From: Bacteroidota bacterium
Lineage (GTDB): Bacteria; Bacillota; Limnochordia; Limnochordales; DUMU01
Length of the DNA: 30,240 nucleotides
Direction of reading: 5' to 3'
Assembly: GCA_050260295.1 (NCBI GenBank)
Contig: JBLNBY010000122.1
Location: 1-30,240 of the forward strand
The notes below the pieces were generated by a model. The model did not search any database. It was not told where the DNA came from and saw only the letters and a program-made list of their open reading frames with translations. Positions within the stretch are counted from its first letter, which is position 1, and each line of letters starts with the position of its first letter. Shown here piece after piece: positions 24,644 through 30,240 of the stretch. A program made the position numbers and the translations under genes.

Positions 24644-24904
24644 TCATTTCCAGTCGTCTCGTTGCCGATGACCCCGAGGATGAAAGAACCGCTGGATCAT
24701 ACCCAGTATATCCTGATCTTCATCCATGCGCCGTCCGATCCAGTAGCCCACCAGGGTACAGAGGGCAAGGAAAAGACCGGCGAAGAAACCGTAGATTATT
24801 ACCGCCAACCCAAATAACAGGCCGAGAGCGGTCCCCACCAGTTTGCCCCGGTGATGCTGCCAGAACTCCAGCCAGAAAGAGAGGCCTTCCCGATCCCAGG
24901 CCAC
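24644..24904 (-). CDS. DUF2273 small membrane protein
   Basis: HRGKLVGTALGLLFGLAVIIYGFFAGLFLALCTLVGYWIG; conserved position between amaP and nusB. Confidence 0.88.
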   Translation of the reverse strand: MAWDREGLSFWLEFWQHHRGKLVGTALGLLFGLAVIIYGFFAGLFLALCTLVGYWIGRRMDEDQDILGMIQRFFHPRGHRQRDDWK

Positions 24905-24922
24905 GTCGACATCGTCCCTTCC

Positions 24923-25492
24923 CTAGGATCTGGTTGCTCCCGACGCTCTCTCCGTCCGGGGCGGGCGGCTGACATTGCGCACCATCACCTTTACCTCCGT
25001 GACCGGTACGCCGGCAGTCTGCTGCACATACTCGGCCACACGCCGTTGCAGCACAGCTGTGAGCTCCGGTATGGATACGTCCGGCTCCACCACCAGATGG
25101 AGCCCCACGGAAACCCCGTCTGGATGGTGGCGCAGCTTGACCTCGCTCTCCCGCACACCCCGTTCCTGGCGGACAGTCCGATAGATCAGGGACTCCACTG
25201 CCCGGAGCGCTACCCGCACCTCGCCGGTCTGGCCCGGGTATTCCAGGGTGATGCTCCCCTCGGCGTTGCCACCGGCGGTGGCTCGGGTCAGGAAGTAGAC
25301 CCCGAGCACCAGGAGCAGCAATCCGGCCACACCGATGACCCAGCGTGTGGTGGTCTCTACCACTAGCTGAGGCAGCCAGTAAACCAGGGCGGGAGTCGGA
25401 TCCCACCCCAGTGCGACAACCACCAGGACGACCGCCAGGGCGAAGAAAAATAGGAACGCTATGCCTTCCAGGATCCTGTCAAATACGTTCAC
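24923..25492 (-). CDS. amaP: Alkaline shock response membrane anchor protein AmaP
   Basis: MNVFDR, two TM helices, then GEVRVAL.AVESL...V....GVRE..V..., IPELTA.LQ..V.EYV....GV.V.EVKV.V; GTGA overlap with the Asp23 gene. Confidence 0.85.
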   Translation of the reverse strand: MNVFDRILEGIAFLFFFALAVVLVVVALGWDPTPALVYWLPQLVVETTTRWVIGVAGLLLLVLGVYFLTRATAGGNAEGSITLEYPGQTGEVRVALRAVESLIYRTVRQERGVRESEVKLRHHPDGVSVGLHLVVEPDVSIPELTAVLQRRVAEYVQQTAGVPVTEVKVMVRNVSRPPRTERASGATRS

Positions 25493-25875
25493 CGTACCCG
25501 CGGCGCTTCCTCCGGCCGCTCCTCCTGCGGGAAGTGTACCCCCTGAACGTGCACGTTGACTTCGACTACCTGCAACCCGGTCATGTTCTCGACGGCTCGC
25601 TTCACATTCTCCTGTACCTGTGCAGCCACTTCCGGAATCCGCACACCGTATTCCACGATCACATAGAGGTCGACGGCGGCCTGTTCGGTTCCGACTTCCA
25701 CCTTCACGCCCTTTGACAGGTTACGCCGTCCCAGCATCTCCGCGATACCGCCGGCGATTCCGCCGCTCATGCCGGCAACCCCTTGCACCTCGGTGGCAGC
25801 TAGACCGGCAATGATGCTGACGACCTCGTTGGCTATGTGCAGCTCTCCCATCTCACTCCGTTCGATGTCAGGCAT
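25489..25875 (-). CDS. yqhY: Asp23/Gls24 family envelope stress protein (YqhY-like)
   Basis: IANEVVSIIAGLAATEVQGV..MSGG....LG..NLSKGVKV, VIVEYGVRIPEVA..VQENVK..VE.MTGL.V.EVNVHV. ATG 25875 after AGGAGGTG. Confidence 0.93.
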   Translation of the reverse strand: MPDIERSEMGELHIANEVVSIIAGLAATEVQGVAGMSGGIAGGIAEMLGRRNLSKGVKVEVGTEQAAVDLYVIVEYGVRIPEVAAQVQENVKRAVENMTGLQVVEVNVHVQGVHFPQEERPEEAPRVR

Positions 25876-25898
25876 AATTGACACCTCCTAGACAAGCT

Positions 25899-27479
25899 TC
25901 ATGCTCCGGCAACCCGGGCCGATGCGGGCTCTGCAGGCTCATCTCCCGCCATTGCCGCCGCCGTCGGCGCTGCCGCCCCCCCGCGGCCGGATGCCTCGAT
26001 CTCGGACTCACCGATATCGTTGGCAGCAGCTACCGTACCCGCTGCCGTCGCTCCATCGGCTGTTACCACTCCGCCTCCATCACTTACAGCCGCCCTGCCC
26101 GGCTCCGCCTCCACTACCGGGACGGTCACCAACTGGGGAGAACGCAGGATCTCCTCCAGCAGCCGGGTAGAGAGTTCGCCGTTGATGAACCGCTTTTCCT
26201 GCATTATCCGACGGTGCAGCCCGATGTTGGTTCGAATCCCTTCCACCGTCAGCTCGCCCAGCGCCCGGCGGGTCCGGGCAATCGCCTCCTGCCGATCCCT
26301 GCCCCAGCAGATCAGCTTGGCGAGAAGCGAATCATAATGAGCAGGAACTTCATAACCGGTAAACAGGTGGCTGTCGACCCGCACCCCGTACCCCCCGGGT
26401 GCATGGTAAAACTGAACCAGGCCGGGCGAAGGCCGAAAATCGGCGTCCGGGTCTTCGGCGTTGATCCGGCATTCGATGGCGTGGCCGTTGAACCCGATAT
26501 CGTCCTGCGTATAACCCAGTTGCTCACCGGCGGCGATACGGATCTGCTCACGGACCAGGTCTATGCCGGTAATCAACTCGGTCACCGGGTGCTCCACCTG
26601 GATGCGGGTATTCATCTCACAGAAGTAGAACCGGCGCTGGTTATCCATGAGAAACTCCATGGTCCCGGCGCTGGCGTAGCCGACGGCAGCTGCTCCCTGG
26701 GCGGCAAGGCTTCCAAGTCTCTCCCGCTCGGCAGGCGTCAGGACACTCGAAGGCGCTTCTTCGAGGATCTTCTGGTGGCGGCGCTGCAGAGAGCACTCCC
26801 TCTCCCCCAGGTGCACCACATTCCCATACTGGTCGGCCAGGATCTGGATTTCGATATGCCGGGGAGACTCCAGGTACTTCTCCACGTATAGTGAACCGTC
26901 TCCGAAGGCAGCCGCCGCCTCGGCCTGCGCCAGCGGAAAGAGCCGGCGCAACTCATCGGCATTCTTCACCAGCCGCATCCCCTTGCCCCCACCGCCAGCC
27001 ACTGCCTTGATCATGACGGGATAGCCGATTCCCTCCACCACCTGCAAAGCCTCGGTAAGATCCTTCACCGGACCGTCGCTGCCGGGCAGCACGGGCAGGC
27101 CGGCTTCCTTCATACGCCGCCGGGCAGCCGCTTTGTCACCCATTAGTTCAATGACTGCAGGGGGCGGACCAATGAAAACCAGCCCGTGACTCCCGCAGAT
27201 CTCGGCAAAGCTCGCCCGCTCCGACAGATATCCATACCCTGGGTGAACCGCATCCACCTCCGTCAGCATGGCTGCCGAAACTATATTGGTCACATTCAGA
27301 TAGCTCTTTGCGGACGGGGCTGGACCGACACAAATGGCCTCATCGGCCATCTGCACATGGAGCGCATCCCGGTCAGCCTCCGAGTAGATGGCCACTGTCC
27401 CGATCCCCATCTCCCGGCAGGTGCGAATGATCCGGACGGCGATCTCGCCCCGGTTGGCTATGAGAATCTTGTGGAACAC
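25899..27479 (-). CDS. accC: Acetyl-CoA carboxylase, biotin carboxylase subunit, with a low-complexity C-terminal extension
   Basis: KILIANRGEIAVR, HPGYGYLSE, KAVAGGGGKGMR, ERECSLQRRHQK, EMNTRIQVEHPVTE, RINAEDP, YDSLLAKLI. GTG 27479 after GGAGGTG. Confidence 0.97.
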   Translation of the reverse strand: MFHKILIANRGEIAVRIIRTCREMGIGTVAIYSEADRDALHVQMADEAICVGPAPSAKSYLNVTNIVSAAMLTEVDAVHPGYGYLSERASFAEICGSHGLVFIGPPPAVIELMGDKAAARRRMKEAGLPVLPGSDGPVKDLTEALQVVEGIGYPVMIKAVAGGGGKGMRLVKNADELRRLFPLAQAEAAAAFGDGSLYVEKYLESPRHIEIQILADQYGNVVHLGERECSLQRRHQKILEEAPSSVLTPAERERLGSLAAQGAAAVGYASAGTMEFLMDNQRRFYFCEMNTRIQVEHPVTELITGIDLVREQIRIAAGEQLGYTQDDIGFNGHAIECRINAEDPDADFRPSPGLVQFYHAPGGYGVRVDSHLFTGYEVPAHYDSLLAKLICWGRDRQEAIARTRRALGELTVEGIRTNIGLHRRIMQEKRFINGELSTRLLEEILRSPQLVTVPVVEAEPGRAAVSDGGGVVTADGATAAGTVAAANDIGESEIEASGRGGAAAPTAAAMAGDEPAEPASARVAGA

Positions 27480-27509
27480 GTGTTCACACCTCCGTCGCAC
27501 CAGGCCATC

Positions 27510-28103
27510 TCAATCAGGCTCCACGAGGAAGAGCGTCTGGCCGTACTCCACCGGCTGACCGTCCTCGGCCGTGATGGCGGTCACGCGACCGGAGACCTCC
27601 GCCTGAATCTCGTTCATCAGTTTCATTGCCTCTATGATGCAGAGCGTTTGTCCTACCGTGATCCTGTCACCTACGGAGACGAACGGTTCAGCCCCGGGAG
27701 CGGGCGCCCGGAAGAAGGTTCCCACCATGGGTGCGGTTACCTCCACCAACTTCGTTGTGCTGCCGTCGTCTTCGCCGCCAGTCACCGGCTCGACTGCCGC
27801 CGTCCGGGATTCACTGCGCCCGGCTGCTTCCCGGCCACCTACCGCCCGCAGTTCGCCTCCGGCAGCCACGATTGCACTCTGGCCAGCACCGTTCGTCCCA
27901 CCTGTCTCGCCGGAAGAGGTGATGCCCATCCTGCTTTCGCCACCCCCGGCCGGCAATCCGACGACGCCAGAGCCGGGTACCTGGGCACCGGCCTTGCGTA
28001 TGGTCAGCCGTGCACCCGTTTCCAACTCGAGCTGAAAGTCCACGATCCCGGTCGCGTCCAGAAGTTTGATCAATTCCTTGACGTCATCTATCGAAAGCCC
28101 CAT
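27510..28103 (-). CDS. accB: Acetyl-CoA carboxylase biotin carboxyl carrier protein
   Basis: [13 protein letters not shown]-terminus, long G/A/S linker, [26 protein letters not shown] biotinylation motif. Start ATG 28103; ATG 28124 is possible. Confidence 0.97.
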   Translation of the reverse strand: MGLSIDDVKELIKLLDATGIVDFQLELETGARLTIRKAGAQVPGSGVVGLPAGGGESRMGITSSGETGGTNGAGQSAIVAAGGELRAVGGREAAGRSESRTAAVEPVTGGEDDGSTTKLVEVTAPMVGTFFRAPAPGAEPFVSVGDRITVGQTLCIIEAMKLMNEIQAEVSGRVTAITAEDGQPVEYGQTLFLVEPD

Positions 28104-28160
28104 GGCGGTTTCTTGTCCCCCCATACGGCGACAGCACCGGCCGCCGCAGTCACCAATACG

Positions 28161-28191
28161 AAAAACTCAGGTTGGCGCCGCCCAACCTGAG
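28161..28191 (-). terminator. Intrinsic terminator within the accB 5' leader
   Basis: Perfect 10-bp stem CTCAGGTTGG / CCAACCTGAG (28166-28175 / 28182-28191), 6-nt loop, followed by TTTTT on the minus strand. Confidence 0.82.
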
Positions 28192-28230
28192 CTGCGACAC
28201 CCCGCCCGCGGGATAGTCTATGTCCCACTG

Positions 28231-28259
28231 ATTATATTTTTTTCCCAAACTCCTGTCAA
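28231..28259 (-). promoter_or_regulatory. Perfect-consensus sigma-A promoter upstream of accB
   Basis: TTGACA (28259-28254) - 17 nt - TATAAT (28236-28231). Confidence 0.92.
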
Positions 28260-28280
28260 TCTGGATAGCCTGGATGGCGA

Positions 28281-28961
28281 TCACACCCCTACGGGCAGGA
28301 TCGAGATGGAATCGAGCGGGACTCCCGTCATCCGGCGGACGAGCTCCCCGATTTGGGCTGCCTTTTCCTTGGTCATGACCTGATCGGGGATTACGACCGT
28401 TGCACCCCGCTGATCCAGGATGACCAGGGCTTCGTCATATCCGCGGGCCCGCAGGAGGTTCTCCACGGCCGTCTCCTTCTCCTCCTGGGCCGCCAGCACC
28501 ATCAACTCCTTCTGAGCCTGCTGCCGGGTTTCCGTTCCCAGGCCCGTATCCGAGAGCATGCGGGTATAGAGCTCCATCTGTTGGCTGCGGGTTCGGGCCC
28601 GGTCCAACCGGTAGCGGGCGAAGAAACTGCCGGTAGCCCCCGCCGGCACTGCCTCCTGTCCGATCATCGCTCCCGCCGCGGCGACGCTCGTTTGCTGCCC
28701 GTCGACACCTGCCCCAGCCTTCGACGCCGAGGTCGGCTCATCACCCACGTCACTGTTGGCACTGGATCCGTCAGCGCTGGTACCAGCCGGTCGAGCGACG
28801 TCGTTGCTGGCACTGGTCGTGGTCCAGTGGGCATCTTCGGCCGACGGGCCAGGCACCTGGTCATTGCCACCGCTACCCCAGATGAAGGCGGCAGCCAGAA
28901 TGGCCACAATGATCAACCCGAGTACGGTCCGGGTTATCCACCGTTCCACCACGATGAACAC
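28281..28961 (-). CDS. spoIIIAH: Stage III sporulation protein AH
   Basis: N-terminal TM, FFARYRLDRARTRSQQME.....E.AVENLLRARGY.EALV...AAQI.ELV.R.TG. GTG 28961 after AGGAGGGG. Confidence 0.92.
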   Translation of the reverse strand: MFIVVERWITRTVLGLIIVAILAAAFIWGSGGNDQVPGPSAEDAHWTTTSASNDVARPAGTSADGSSANSDVGDEPTSASKAGAGVDGQQTSVAAAGAMIGQEAVPAGATGSFFARYRLDRARTRSQQMELYTRMLSDTGLGTETRQQAQKELMVLAAQEEKETAVENLLRARGYDEALVILDQRGATVVIPDQVMTKEKAAQIGELVRRMTGVPLDSISILPVGV

Positions 28962-29037
28962 TGTACATCCCCTCCTGCCAGAAATTACGCCGGCCCTCGT
29001 CCTTTCATGCCCGTCATGTCCCGGTTTTCGTTGCCGC

Positions 29038-29781
29038 TCACTGACGCCCGCCAAGGCCGGCGCCGGCACCACCACCCATCGCCCGTGGCAGTACGGCCAC
29101 CCGGTGCTCAGCGATCCCCAGCGCCGTCGCCACTGCCTCCAACAACTGCAGCCGTATGTCATCCCGAACCGCCCCGTCAGCCAGAACCAGCACCCCGGAC
29201 ACCTCCGGCCGCACCCGGCGGGTGATCACCGGCTCTTCCTGCTGCCCACTCCGCACGAGTTGCGGCTGGCGTGTCATGCGGTCCTGCAGCGAGGTGCGCT
29301 GGCGTTGCCCTTCCTTTTCGTCGCTCCTGTTTATCTCCCGCGTCTCGCTGGCCATCACTTCGAGCCGCCCTTCGTCGGAGAGGGTGAGGAAAACCTCGAC
29401 CTGACCCGCTCCCTGGACCTGGGCCAGTGTGGCTTCGAGCACGCTTTCCAGCCGCTGTCGATAGGCTTCGGTCTCTGACTGCCCGGCCAGGGCCGTACCG
29501 CTGCTGCCGGCAAGCAGGGCTGACCCGCTTTCACCGATGGCAGGATTTTCACCCGGCATCCTGCTGTCGCCCGCCGCCGGCGAACTCCCGCCGGGGGTGG
29601 CAGCGGGTGCATCCAGGTCGCCCGGGCCAGTCAGACCGCTTGTGCCCAACCGGTAGGTCTGGCCGGTGAAGGAGCTCGTCCGGGCGAGCAGGAGAAGAAA
29701 GAGACCAGCCAGGGCGGCGACCGCCACCTGGCGCAACAGCTTCTGTTGTTTTTGGTTCAGGCGTAGCGTACCCTTAGTCAT
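29038..29781 (-). CDS. spoIIIAG: Stage III sporulation protein AG
   Basis: N-terminal TM, YRQRLE..LE..L..VQGAG.VEVFLTL, PEVSGVLVLADGA...IR..L.EAV...LGI..HRVAVLP. ATG 29781 overlaps the spoIIIAF stop (ATGA). Confidence 0.92.
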   Translation of the reverse strand: MTKGTLRLNQKQQKLLRQVAVAALAGLFLLLLARTSSFTGQTYRLGTSGLTGPGDLDAPAATPGGSSPAAGDSRMPGENPAIGESGSALLAGSSGTALAGQSETEAYRQRLESVLEATLAQVQGAGQVEVFLTLSDEGRLEVMASETREINRSDEKEGQRQRTSLQDRMTRQPQLVRSGQQEEPVITRRVRPEVSGVLVLADGAVRDDIRLQLLEAVATALGIAEHRVAVLPRAMGGGAGAGLGGRQ

Positions 29782-30240
29782 CCCAGCTCCCCCCCAGCCT
29801 CTGCACGGCCTGTCTCCATCGGCAGGGTTTCCTGCTCCCACAACGTCTGTTGTTCCAACAACGAGTCTCGTACCACCGTCACTCGTGACTCCGCTACCCC
29901 CAGGCGGGTGGCCAGCCACCGTTGAATGTCGACTTCGTGACTGTCCCCACGGGCCGGGCCGGTGAGCGTGACCTTCATCCAAGCCAGGGTACCGTCGGCG
30001 GCCAGCTCGGTTTCCACCCGGGCCGTCTCCCCGAAACGGTCCCGGATCTCCCAAGCAAGCTGCTCATCGAGCCAGCTGGCGGCAGCTGCCACCAGAGGTT
30101 GCCATCCCGCCTGCCAAACCGCTTCTCCCTGGCGTACCACCTGCTCGGCATCGGTCTGTACCGGCAGAGAGTCAGGCAACCGGCTCCAGGTGGTGTCGTT
30201 ACCAAGTGCTGTCAGCAGCTCATCGAACCCACCGTTTAGC
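29778..30240 (-). CDS. spoIIIAF: Stage III sporulation protein AF, C-terminal part (truncated by window edge)
   Basis: The frame is open to the window edge, lies directly upstream of and coupled to spoIIIAG, and ends with a RBM-like '...IQRWLATRLGVAESRVTV' segment. The call rests mainly on synteny. Confidence 0.7.
   Translation of the reverse strand, partial: LNGGFDELLTALGNDTTWSRLPDSLPVQTDAEQVVRQGEAVWQAGWQPLVAAAASWLDEQLAWEIRDRFGETARVETELAADGTLAWMKVTLTGPARGDSHEVDIQRWLATRLGVAESRVTVVRDSLLEQQTLWEQETLPMETGRAEAGGELG

Noticed and set aside
28962-30054. Long N-terminal extensions of the spoIIIAH (to 29162) and spoIIIAG (to 30054) ORFs
   Set aside because: They overlap upstream genes; better starts with RBS exist at 28961 and 29781.
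108-30239. Numerous long plus-strand ORFs (e.g. 8409..9638, 12376..13713, 25878..26891, 27186..28190)
   Set aside because: They are antisense shadows of well-supported minus-strand genes, typical of GC-rich DNA, and show no family motifs.

Overview
This is a GC-rich chromosomal segment of an endospore-forming Bacillota (Firmicutes) bacterium. All real genes I can support are on the minus strand. In transcription order (right to left) they are: spoIIIAF (partial)-spoIIIAG-spoIIIAH; accB-accC-Asp23/yqhY-amaP-DUF2273-nusB-TsaD/Kae1 paralog-xseA-xseB-ispA; a ~600 bp spacer holding a diverged ~110 bp direct repeat with LacI-type palindromes; a ~610 nt OLE RNA with its own sigma-A promoter and a downstream intrinsic terminator; oapA-dxs-tlyA-NAD kinase-argR-recN; spoIVB-spo0A (atypical acidic pocket); steA-steB-GT2-MraY-like transferase; two SleB/Hydrolase_2 cell-wall lytic enzymes; and a ROK regulator-EEP phosphodiesterase-sugar-type SBP-NPP/alkaline-phosphatase-family operon running off the left edge. 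The most notable items are the OLE RNA/OapA locus and its flanking control elements, a perfect sigma-A promoter followed by an intrinsic terminator in the accB leader, and an actinobacterial-type SteAB cell-separation module clustered with glycosyltransferases and peptidoglycan hydrolases next to spo0A. I found no tRNA, rRNA, CRISPR array or intact mobile element. All calls come from manual motif reading and recalled family knowledge; no database search was run.
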